From positions 1 to 64,000 of the IMG/VR virus record IMGVR_UViG_3300028797_000152: a stretch of 64,000 bases of DNA. The stretch is one strand, 5' to 3'. The notes below the pieces were generated by a model, which was given only the letters and a program-made list of their open reading frames with translations, searched no databases and had not been told where the DNA came from. Source of the DNA: an uncultured virus (IMG/VR IMGVR_UViG_3300028797_000152) (lineage: Duplodnaviria; Heunggongvirae; Uroviricota; Caudoviricetes). This document shows, one piece after another, positions 44,357 to 51,980 of the stretch; position 1 is the first letter of the stretch, and each line of letters begins with the position of its first letter. Made by a program: the position numbers and the translations under genes.

Positions 44357-46510
44357 ATGAAGCACGAATATCAGATAGAAGTTAAGCCTTGGATGACTTT
44401 TAAGTCTTCAGATGGTTTCGATTTCATGCAGAAATTTAACGACGATATCCCGATGCCGCTAGTAGTCATGTATACTAGTGGTAAGCTCACTGAAACGAAG
44501 GGCATGGTTAAGATGTCACTTCACGGCGATATCAAGCAGAGAGTAACCACAAGATGTATGCATTGCGGCCGCCCCATCACCAATAAGGTTTCTCAGTTCT
44601 TCGGAATTGGTCCTATCTGCGGTGGTCACAATTACGTAAATCCTTTTGATAGTGAAGAAGAACTCAACGAAGCAGTTCGCATCTATCGTGAAAAGTTGGT
44701 TAACACCGTTTGGACCGGATGGGTTGCGAAGTCCGCCATCAAGTCTATCGAAGATGAAGACGGTAACTTCCTTTCAGTAGATGACCTTCCTACTCTTGTA
44801 GAAGAGAAGAAGGCAGAGACTGAGGCAGTTGAGCCTAAGGCAGCAGTCATCACCGCTAGGATTGATAAGCCTATCAGATGCACAGATGACTTCTCCGTAT
44901 TCCTTACATTCGACTACAATAAGGAAGTCGTTGCATCAGTTAAGGCTCTCAGGGCTAGGTTCTGGGACCCCGATAATAAGAGGTGGGAAATCGAGTACAA
45001 AGAGTTGAACGAACTCAAGTCCGCTTTATCTCATTTCACTTGGAACATCGAGAACGAGGAAATCGTTCCTGATACAGTTGAAGTAGATGCAGGATTCAAC
45101 TTCAAAACAAATCCTATGGAGCATCAGCTTGAAGGTATTCAGTTTGGCTTAGAGCATAGCAGATTCCTTCTTGCAGACGACCAGGGTCTTGGTAAGACAA
45201 AAGAAGTTATTGACCTGGCCCTTATTCGCAAGCAGGCTCAGAACTTCAAGCATTGCCTTATCATCGCTTGTGTAAATTCTCTTAAGTGGAACTGGCTTGA
45301 AGAGATTGAAAAGCATTCCAACGAGACAGGTTACATCCTCGGACAGAGAACGATGAAGCGTTCAGGTAAGATGTACATCGGTAGCAATGCTGATAAGCTT
45401 GCAGATATCAAGGAACTCGGAACAGGTTCTGGTATTGATTCTCATTATTTCATCATCACGAATATCGAGTCCCTCAGGAACACAGAGATAGCCGCAGAAC
45501 TTAAAGCTCTTTGTGATGCAGGTATAATCAACATGATAGCCGCAGACGAATCTCATAGATGTAAGAATCTTGAGACCAAGCAGGGACAGGGCCTGATTCA
45601 GCTTCAGCCTTATTATCGCATCGCGATGACAGGTACACCCTTAATCAATACTCCATTAGACCTTTATTCAATCCTCAAGTGGTTAGGATATGAGCCTTAT
45701 GAATTCAGACAGTTCAAGTATCATTTCTGTCAGTACGACGAATGGGGCAATATCGTAGGCTACAAGAACATTGACCAGCTCAGGGCTCAGTTAGGTGCCA
45801 TCATGATTCGTAGAACGAAGGGTGAGGTTCTTGACCTTCCCGAGAAGATTTACAAGAACGAGTACGTAGAACTCACAGATGAGCAGAAGAAGTTATACAA
45901 TCAGATTATCGACGAAGCCATCGAAGACCCCGAACTCAACGATATCATCAATACAGAGTGCATACTTGCCCTCAAGATGAGACTTCGTCAGGTATCTGGT
46001 GGAATTGGTCCTTTCAATTTCATCAAGAATAACCCCAAGCTCGACAGACTTGAGCAGATAGTCGAAGAGGCCGTTTACTCAGGCACAAAGGTCATCGTAT
46101 ACAGCAATTGGATTCAGGGAATCAATCCTGCAGTTGAGAGATTGAAGAGATTCAATCCTGTAGTAATCACAGGTGAGACTCCTGATTCAGATAGGCAGGC
46201 ACTTGTCAATAAGTTCCAGACAGACGATTCAGTTAAGGTCTTCTGCGCAACCACAGGAGCAGCAGGCGTAGGTCTTACCCTTACAGCCGCTACAGAAGTT
46301 GTCTTCTTAGACGAGCCTTGGACAAACGGTGCCAAGGAACAGGCTTGCGATAGAGCCCACAGAATCGGTACAACATCTGCAGTCACGATTCATACAATCA
46401 TGTCTCATGGCACATATGATGAAGATGTACACGATATAGTTGAAGGCAAGAGAGACCTTTCAGAAAGAATCGTAGAGAAGAAGGACCTCATTAGGCTCAA
46501 GATAGCCTAA
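44357..46510 (+). CDS. SNF2-family helicase with N-terminal Zn-binding and HARP-like domains
   Basis: CMHCG…GIGPIC; FDYN…WDPDNKRWEI; LADDQGLGKT, DESH, MTGTP, RR, GVGLTLT, QACDRAHRIG; ATG after AGGAGG. Confidence 0.9.
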   Translation: MKHEYQIEVKPWMTFKSSDGFDFMQKFNDDIPMPLVVMYTSGKLTETKGMVKMSLHGDIKQRVTTRCMHCGRPITNKVSQFFGIGPICGGHNYVNPFDSEEELNEAVRIYREKLVNTVWTGWVAKSAIKSIEDEDGNFLSVDDLPTLVEEKKAETEAVEPKAAVITARIDKPIRCTDDFSVFLTFDYNKEVVASVKALRARFWDPDNKRWEIEYKELNELKSALSHFTWNIENEEIVPDTVEVDAGFNFKTNPMEHQLEGIQFGLEHSRFLLADDQGLGKTKEVIDLALIRKQAQNFKHCLIIACVNSLKWNWLEEIEKHSNETGYILGQRTMKRSGKMYIGSNADKLADIKELGTGSGIDSHYFIITNIESLRNTEIAAELKALCDAGIINMIAADESHRCKNLETKQGQGLIQLQPYYRIAMTGTPLINTPLDLYSILKWLGYEPYEFRQFKYHFCQYDEWGNIVGYKNIDQLRAQLGAIMIRRTKGEVLDLPEKIYKNEYVELTDEQKKLYNQIIDEAIEDPELNDIINTECILALKMRLRQVSGGIGPFNFIKNNPKLDRLEQIVEEAVYSGTKVIVYSNWIQGINPAVERLKRFNPVVITGETPDSDRQALVNKFQTDDSVKVFCATTGAAGVGLTLTAATEVVFLDEPWTNGAKEQACDRAHRIGTTSAVTIHTIMSHGTYDEDVHDIVEGKRDLSERIVEKKDLIRLKIA

Positions 46511-46567
46511 AAGAGAATCGTTATATCAGATATCAAAATATCAATAATCCAAGAGGAGGAAATTATC

Positions 46568-46873
46568 ATGTGTAAAACAAAGAAAGAACTCGACAAGCTC
46601 GTAGTCAAGAAGAGAAAGCTCTCAGTCCTCAAGAAGAAGATTGATGCAGCCTTGGATAAGATTAATGATGAGATTGAGGCTTATGCTAAGGCGAAGGGAA
46701 CCCTCGGTGGAGAGAAGAAGAATACTTACATCGTCTATGGTGACGACTATAAGGTATCTTGCGTAATCGTCAGCTCCGCTAGGTTGGATGAAGCCAAGAT
46801 TAAGGAATTCTTCGGTGATAAGGTCTCCGATTATCAGAAGACTATCACATATCCTAGAATCTACATCAGCTAA
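46568..46873 (+). CDS. Basic coiled-coil hypothetical protein
   Basis: SD GAGGAGG; GAATCGTTAT at 46515. Confidence 0.6.
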   Translation: MCKTKKELDKLVVKKRKLSVLKKKIDAALDKINDEIEAYAKAKGTLGGEKKNTYIVYGDDYKVSCVIVSSARLDEAKIKEFFGDKVSDYQKTITYPRIYIS

Positions 46874-46904
46874 TTTCTAATGTAGATTTTAGTTTATTCC
46901 ATTC

Positions 46905-46923
46905 AATTCTTGAATTATTTCAA
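46905..46923. repeat. 19-bp palindromic repeat (copy 2), directly before the SD
   Basis: AATTCTTGAATTATTTCAA, identical to 44228-44246. Confidence 0.6.
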
Positions 46924-46936
46924 TAAGGAGTTTAAT

Positions 46937-47179
46937 ATGATAGATAAAGTTTTTAAGAATACAGAGATGAGCAATGCAATGGAGGTAGAGGACCCTAAGG
47001 TTATCAAGATTGCAAAGCTCGCTATGATAGTAGCCGACCCTAAGGTGGAGCTCAAGGACAAGTATATTTGTATCAAGATAGCAATCAAGCAGGGTACTAT
47101 AACTGAAGAGGAGGGTGCAATATTTATTGCATATCGTCCGGAGCTCACAGATTTCGCAGATGTAGATACAGGAGTATAA
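46937..47179 (+). CDS. Hypothetical protein
   Basis: ATG after AAGGAG. Confidence 0.6.
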   Translation: MIDKVFKNTEMSNAMEVEDPKVIKIAKLAMIVADPKVELKDKYICIKIAIKQGTITEEEGAIFIAYRPELTDFADVDTGV

Positions 47180-47272
47180 GGAGGAATTGTTATGGGTGTA
47201 ATGATAGTATCAAATGATAATACACATACATTGCATATTTCTTATTCGTCTTTTAATAAAAGGAGATAGATT

Positions 47273-47611
47273 ATGAAACTTTGGGATATGCTATCAGTCG
47301 CTACTTATTGGCAAGAGTTTACGATTTATGTAACTAATGCCTATGACGAGAATCTTTTGGTGGGTAGGGGTACACGTTCAGAGTTAATGGGGCAAGAGCA
47401 TTTTGGCGGTGCTTATTTGACTTTTGACCATTTACAAGACGTAGTGGACTTCTATCGAGTAAAAGATTCAAGAATTATCATTTTCTTGCGAGATAGCAAT
47501 TTTAATAATCATGTCGCAGACCAATATCCGGCTGATTATGCAAAGACTTGGGATAGAAACGATAAGACTACAAGACCGTACTTATTTGGTAGTGAAACAG
47601 AGGGTTTTTAA
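47273..47611 (+). CDS. Hypothetical protein
   Basis: SD AAGGAG; 112 aa. Confidence 0.6.
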   Translation: MKLWDMLSVATYWQEFTIYVTNAYDENLLVGRGTRSELMGQEHFGGAYLTFDHLQDVVDFYRVKDSRIIIFLRDSNFNNHVADQYPADYAKTWDRNDKTTRPYLFGSETEGF

Positions 47612-47612
47612 T

Positions 47613-48047
47613 ATGGGCATGTATACTGAACTTAATATCGAGGTAGCCATTAAGGTAGATAAGGCAACTTTAGCCTTATTGGAAAATATGGTAGGTGAAT
47701 CGGACAATGAGGTAACTTTACCCAAGCATCCGTTGTTTAAGTCTGATGCCGGTAGGTGGGAATATATGCTCCGTTGCGATTCATTCTATTTCGACCATAT
47801 CGCTGATTCTTCTTTGACCAATAAGACACCGTGGTATAAGGAAGACGAGGAAACTAATACATACAAACGTATCTTGAATGTCAGGTGCGATTTGAAGGAT
47901 TATGATGACGAGATAAAGCATTTTTTGGAGTGGATATATCCTTTTACGGAAACAAAGGGATTTATCGGGTATTCTCGCTATGAAGAAGACGAGAATCCGA
48001 CTTTGATTTATTTCACAGATACAGGGGTTGTATATATGGGGGTATGA
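47613..48047 (+). CDS. Phage hypothetical protein (MGMYTE…YSRYEE type)
   Basis: ATG 47613 just after the upstream stop. Confidence 0.6.
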   Translation: MGMYTELNIEVAIKVDKATLALLENMVGESDNEVTLPKHPLFKSDAGRWEYMLRCDSFYFDHIADSSLTNKTPWYKEDEETNTYKRILNVRCDLKDYDDEIKHFLEWIYPFTETKGFIGYSRYEEDENPTLIYFTDTGVVYMGV

Positions 48048-48048
48048 T

Positions 48049-48348
48049 ATGAAAGTTAATTTATCTTATGACGAATTGTTCTACATAGAAATGGCAGTAG
48101 ACCAAGCAATGTATGCCGTTGAGCATCAGTACGGAATGAATAATCCGGCATATCAGAGGTATCAACTTCTTAGTCAGAAGATATATGAGTTACGCAAGAG
48201 TGCGGAAAATGGTATGAAAAATATACAAGACTCCATTTTTGACATCAAAGACAAGGACAAAGGGGGTGTTATAAACCCGGTTTACTCCGAAGATATGCGT
48301 GGGAAGCAAGGTATCACATATACAGAAAACATATCAAAGGAGAAGTGA
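48049..48348 (+). CDS. Hypothetical protein
   Basis: ORF in a tight gene array. Confidence 0.55.
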   Translation: MKVNLSYDELFYIEMAVDQAMYAVEHQYGMNNPAYQRYQLLSQKIYELRKSAENGMKNIQDSIFDIKDKDKGGVINPVYSEDMRGKQGITYTENISKEK

Positions 48349-48350
48349 TT

Positions 48351-48584
48351 ATGAGTAATTGGTTAGAACAAGCAACTACATCATATAAACGAGAGGATAG
48401 AGAACTTCTGCTGATAGACCTTATCCCATATCTTAATACAGGGGCTTGGTTCACAGTTATTGCAAAGACCGGAGAACCTTGCAATAGGCTTACATATACC
48501 TATCCTGAAAGATTTAAGGTAGTTCAGGTAGGATATGATACAGATGAACAGAAGATATATGTAGTAGTTGACGAGGTAAATTGA
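48351..48584 (+). CDS. Hypothetical protein
   Basis: SD AAGGAG. Confidence 0.55.
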   Translation: MSNWLEQATTSYKREDRELLLIDLIPYLNTGAWFTVIAKTGEPCNRLTYTYPERFKVVQVGYDTDEQKIYVVVDEVN

Positions 48585-48585
48585 T

Positions 48586-48717
48586 ATGACAACATATAGA
48601 CAGTCTAATAGTTGTAAAAGATGTGTTCTTTCGCAGATTTGCGAGATAAAGAAGAGCAAGGGAGAGCCTTGTAAGTATGCAAAATTTGCTTATACAGAAA
48701 GGAAGCCGAAAGTATGA
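48586..48717 (+). CDS. Small Cys-rich protein (43 aa, not in ORF track)
   Basis: MTTYRQSNSCKRC…C…C; SD GAGGT; ATGA overlap with the next gene. Confidence 0.5.
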   Translation: MTTYRQSNSCKRCVLSQICEIKKSKGEPCKYAKFAYTERKPKV

Positions 48718-48980
48718 AGATAGTAATTGATATTGAACCGAGATACTGTGAAAATATGCAGAGCGATATTAAGCCACTCTATTATGAAGCTATAAGTCGT
48801 ATAAAGGAAGCAATCCGTAACGGAATACCTTATGAAGAAAAACCACAAGGCGATTTAATCAGCCGTGAGGCTTTGAAAAAGACATTATGCGAAGAATATG
48901 AAGCAAGAGAGCATTATATCGGAGAAATAATGTTAAAGGCTATCGATGATGCCCCAACAGTAATTCCAGCAGGGAGGTAA
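48714..48980 (+). CDS. Clostridial-phage-type small protein (MKIVIDI…DLISREAL…APTV)
   Basis: Recognisable small-protein motifs; related to ORF 49186. Confidence 0.6.
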   Translation: MKIVIDIEPRYCENMQSDIKPLYYEAISRIKEAIRNGIPYEEKPQGDLISREALKKTLCEEYEAREHYIGEIMLKAIDDAPTVIPAGR

Positions 48981-48986
48981 ATTGGT

Positions 48987-49202
48987 ATGACAAATTTTTT
49001 ACTTACTAAAAATATGCTTGCTTGGGAACAGATACAGCTTAATCCAAAATTGACGATAGGTGGTTCACTTTATCGTTGTCCAAAGTGTAGGAATGAATTG
49101 TTTATCCCTTATGGTCGTTCTATTAAGGATTATAGACATTGTAATAGTTGTAAAGAGCCGTTAAAGGCTAATGAGGTAGATGGCTATGAGAATAGTAATT
49201 GA
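48987..49202 (+). CDS. Zinc-ribbon protein
   Basis: CPKC…CNSC. Confidence 0.55.
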   Translation: MTNFLLTKNMLAWEQIQLNPKLTIGGSLYRCPKCRNELFIPYGRSIKDYRHCNSCKEPLKANEVDGYENSN

Positions 49203-49470
49203 TATACCGGAAGAAAGATATGAGTTCATAAAAGGGTTGGATAACACCTGTTATGACATCCATACCGCAATCGCTAATGGCATACCTCTCCCTAAAGGAC
49301 ACGGAGATTTGATTGACCGCAGTAAATTAGCATATTATAGATGCCCTAATAATGTTAAAGATTGCCCGCCTAGTTATGACTTTATTTGTAATAGTTGTGA
49401 TTATGGAATAACACATAAATTTAAAGTTGATAGGGCTGAAGTAATAATCCCCGCTGATAAAGGAGAATAA
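49186..49470 (+). CDS. Clostridial-phage-type small protein (MRIVIDI…GHGDLIDR)
   Basis: SD GAGGT; related to ORF 48714. Confidence 0.55.
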   Translation: MRIVIDIPEERYEFIKGLDNTCYDIHTAIANGIPLPKGHGDLIDRSKLAYYRCPNNVKDCPPSYDFICNSCDYGITHKFKVDRAEVIIPADKGE

Positions 49471-49472
49471 TT

Positions 49473-49739
49473 ATGAAAATAGATAATGAAGATTTTGGGA
49501 CATTAGCCGTTTGTGCAATAAGGTACTGTCAAGGCAGACAAACTTATATGCCGAGTTTAGTTCAAGGAATTGTTAAATCTCATATAGCCGAAATATCTAA
49601 TAAAGATTTGCAAGTGCTGATAAATGACTGCGATAGTCAGGCACAATGTGGTAATTACGGTTCTGATTTTGATAAGAAAGGTTGGCTTGAATATCAGGAT
49701 TTTCTTATAGCGGAGCAGAAAAGACGGGAAGGGAAATAA
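49473..49739 (+). CDS. Hypothetical protein (AIRYCQGRQTYMPS type)
   Basis: SD AAGGAG. Confidence 0.6.
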   Translation: MKIDNEDFGTLAVCAIRYCQGRQTYMPSLVQGIVKSHIAEISNKDLQVLINDCDSQAQCGNYGSDFDKKGWLEYQDFLIAEQKRREGK

Positions 49740-49766
49740 CACTAACAAGTTTGAAGGAGAATCCTA

Positions 49767-49967
49767 ATGAGTATCATAATCAGCGGAATGGATATGCCGA
49801 AATGTTGTATTGATTGCCCTATCTATGACCACGAGTTCGGGTGTTGTAACTTAATTCCTAATAGTTGTTTTTATAATAAAGATACAGGTGAAGAACTCTA
49901 TGACCCATTTGAAGAAAGGAATAAAGATTGCCCACTAAAGGAGGTTTCTAATGAGGATAATAGATAA
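49767..49967 (+). CDS. Small Cys-rich protein (MDMPKCCIDCP…CPL)
   Basis: SD AAGGAG. Confidence 0.55.
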   Translation: MSIIISGMDMPKCCIDCPIYDHEFGCCNLIPNSCFYNKDTGEELYDPFEERNKDCPLKEVSNEDNR

Positions 49968-50646
49968 GAACCAAGATTATTATGATTATCTTCAAGACCG
50001 AGATGACACGCTTGTATTTGACAGGCGTGGCTCATTTCTTCTGACAAAAGATATGTTCTGCGATAGAATACGATGGGCTTGGAGGAGTTATTCGGCTTAT
50101 AGGTTTGTCCTACTTCAGAGCGGAGCAACCTTTTGGCTTATTCTTGTTCACATAACTAAGTTTGATGACTATCCCTGCAGAGATAAGCCGTTGGATTATG
50201 AACTAGAATGCATAACAACTTGGAAGAACTATAATAAGCCAAGAGAATTATTCAAGTTATCTCTTATCAGTTTTAATACCGACTGGAAATATGACATCTT
50301 TTATATGGATAAAACTACTTTCCATTATGAATATGTGCCGGAGAAGATTAGGGAGCATAAAGATGATTTAAGACAGGCTATTGACACTGCCGATTTCAAG
50401 TCTTCTGCCTTTAATAAATTTATCCAGTATGTCGGAGATACTAAATCAGAGTTATCAATTCCTTTATTCAAGGCCTGTGGAATTTCAAGTATAATCTCTG
50501 CGGAAGATATGTATCACGCAATAGACGAGTATTTTTCTTTGGAAAAGACCGCATCTGAATCAACCGTAGCCGAAGGTACGACTAATAAAGATAAAATAGT
50601 AAATCACGGATTTGATACTAAGACTTCATTCCGTGGAAAAATTTAA
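49951..50646 (+). CDS. Phage hypothetical protein (DYYD…HGFDTKTSFR type)
   Basis: SD AAGGAGG; 231 aa. Confidence 0.65.
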   Translation: MRIIDKNQDYYDYLQDRDDTLVFDRRGSFLLTKDMFCDRIRWAWRSYSAYRFVLLQSGATFWLILVHITKFDDYPCRDKPLDYELECITTWKNYNKPRELFKLSLISFNTDWKYDIFYMDKTTFHYEYVPEKIREHKDDLRQAIDTADFKSSAFNKFIQYVGDTKSELSIPLFKACGISSIISAEDMYHAIDEYFSLEKTASESTVAEGTTNKDKIVNHGFDTKTSFRGKI

Positions 50647-50661
50647 ACCTTTCATATTGAT

Positions 50662-50760
50662 ATGAACACCATCATCGGAGTAGCATTTGGATTTATACTT
50701 GGAGCCGTATTTGGTTTCATGATAAGTGCAGTGTTAGTTATGAGTCGAGATAAAGAATAG
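50662..50760 (+). CDS. 32-aa single-TM protein, possibly leaderless (not in ORF track)
   Basis: MNTIIGVAFGFILGAVFGFMISAVLVMSRDKE*; no SD; AAACCTTT ends about 10 nt upstream. Confidence 0.5.
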   Translation: MNTIIGVAFGFILGAVFGFMISAVLVMSRDKE

Positions 50761-50783
50761 TTTTCTTCTGCCATAGACCACAC

Positions 50784-50824
50784 ATGCAAGAACGGGAGGC
50801 ACCTTTCACCTCCCGTTTTTGTAT
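50784..50824 (+). terminator. Intrinsic terminator
   Basis: AACGGGAGG…CCTCCCGTTTTT. Confidence 0.75.
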
Positions 50825-50941
50825 TGATTAACCTTAAATAATATCATGTAAGAATATTTATCATTAATACTTTTATGGTAAATATAAGACAACTTAATAT
50901 ACACGAAATACCAATCACTAAACACTTTTTGGAGGTATCAA

Positions 50942-51760
50942 ATGGCTATTTCAGAAAAAATCGAACTGTTAGGCAAAGGGCTTTACAATGGTGAGATTCC
51001 TGATGTTCTCACCCTTAAGAGCATTCCTACTGCATCCGAATTGGATTATGTAGGAGGGGAAGATTTCGTAGCAACTATGCTTGATATCATATTCCCTAAA
51101 GCAATTGAAGAAAGTTGCAATTTCCACAATCTTTTAGAAATTGATTTCCAATGGATTTGTAGAGGCTTAAGAATTCTTAACTATGGCCCTTTCTATACAA
51201 CAAATGCAATCTTCTGCGGAGACTGCGGTGAAGTATCTAGAGGTGAATATCAAGTAGACCTTCGCTCAGTAGAAGTAAAGACACTTCCTGCAGGCTTTGA
51301 TAATAATATAAAGATATCTAAAGACGAGTTCATCGACTTTAATGGTGATATTGTTTTAAAACTTCCCACAATTCAGGATATAGTAAATGCAAACAATGAT
51401 AAGTTGTTTACATTATCTACAGGTGAAAGAAATGCCGATTTGGCTAGAATGTGTTACATGGTGAAGTCTATCAATGGCGAATCAAATATGACACCTGCAG
51501 ATATCAAATTCAAACTTCAGAATAGTCTTGTTGACGCTGATTTTAAGATTCTTAAGCAAGTAGTATCCGAATTAACAGATTTTGGCCTTAGAGCAGGAGG
51601 TACAACGACATGTCCTAAGTGTGGTAGCAAAGATGCCGCATTTATTGCACTTGTCGATGACCGATTTTTTCGTCCGACCTTGGGAAATCTCAGGGCCTGG
51701 AAGGCTGATAGATGTGCCGAGAAGTCAAGTGGACCCGCTAAGGGAAACAATAAAGCTTAA
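50942..51760 (+). CDS. Tail/baseplate assembly chaperone (T4 gp26/gp51-like) with Zn cysteines
   Basis: LRILNYG, CGDC, LKLPT, CPKCG…DRFFRP; located upstream of the tape measure gene. Confidence 0.65.
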   Translation: MAISEKIELLGKGLYNGEIPDVLTLKSIPTASELDYVGGEDFVATMLDIIFPKAIEESCNFHNLLEIDFQWICRGLRILNYGPFYTTNAIFCGDCGEVSRGEYQVDLRSVEVKTLPAGFDNNIKISKDEFIDFNGDIVLKLPTIQDIVNANNDKLFTLSTGERNADLARMCYMVKSINGESNMTPADIKFKLQNSLVDADFKILKQVVSELTDFGLRAGGTTTCPKCGSKDAAFIALVDDRFFRPTLGNLRAWKADRCAEKSSGPAKGNNKA

Positions 51761-51980
51761 TGGCGAATTAAAAACATTTCATGATATGCGTCAAGACAAA
51801 TATGAACGCATAATAGATGAAACCTTATTCATATCAAGAGCCTCCGAAGGCGCAGTAAGTGCAGATTGGGTTATGCAACAACCTATATTTGTAAGAGAAA
51901 AATATGTAAAATCTTTTGAAAAAGAATTGAAGGAACGACAGCAACGATTAGAAAATAATGCAACAAAGAAGAGAAACTAA
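51663..51980 (+). CDS. Probable +1 frameshift extension of the chaperone (GT-like)
   Basis: Overlapping +1 frame lacking an SD; slippery TTT TTT C at 51665-51671; ends at the TMP start. Confidence 0.5.
   Translation, partial: DFFVRPWEISGPGRLIDVPRSQVDPLRETIKLNGELKTFHDMRQDKYERIIDETLFISRASEGAVSADWVMQQPIFVREKYVKSFEKELKERQQRLENNATKKRN

Noticed and set aside
48714..49470. MKIVIDI/MRIVIDI shared N-termini as another targeting leader
   Set aside because: Similarity extends through the proteins (AIxNGIP, GDLI), so this is a known-type small paralog family, not a tag on unrelated bodies.
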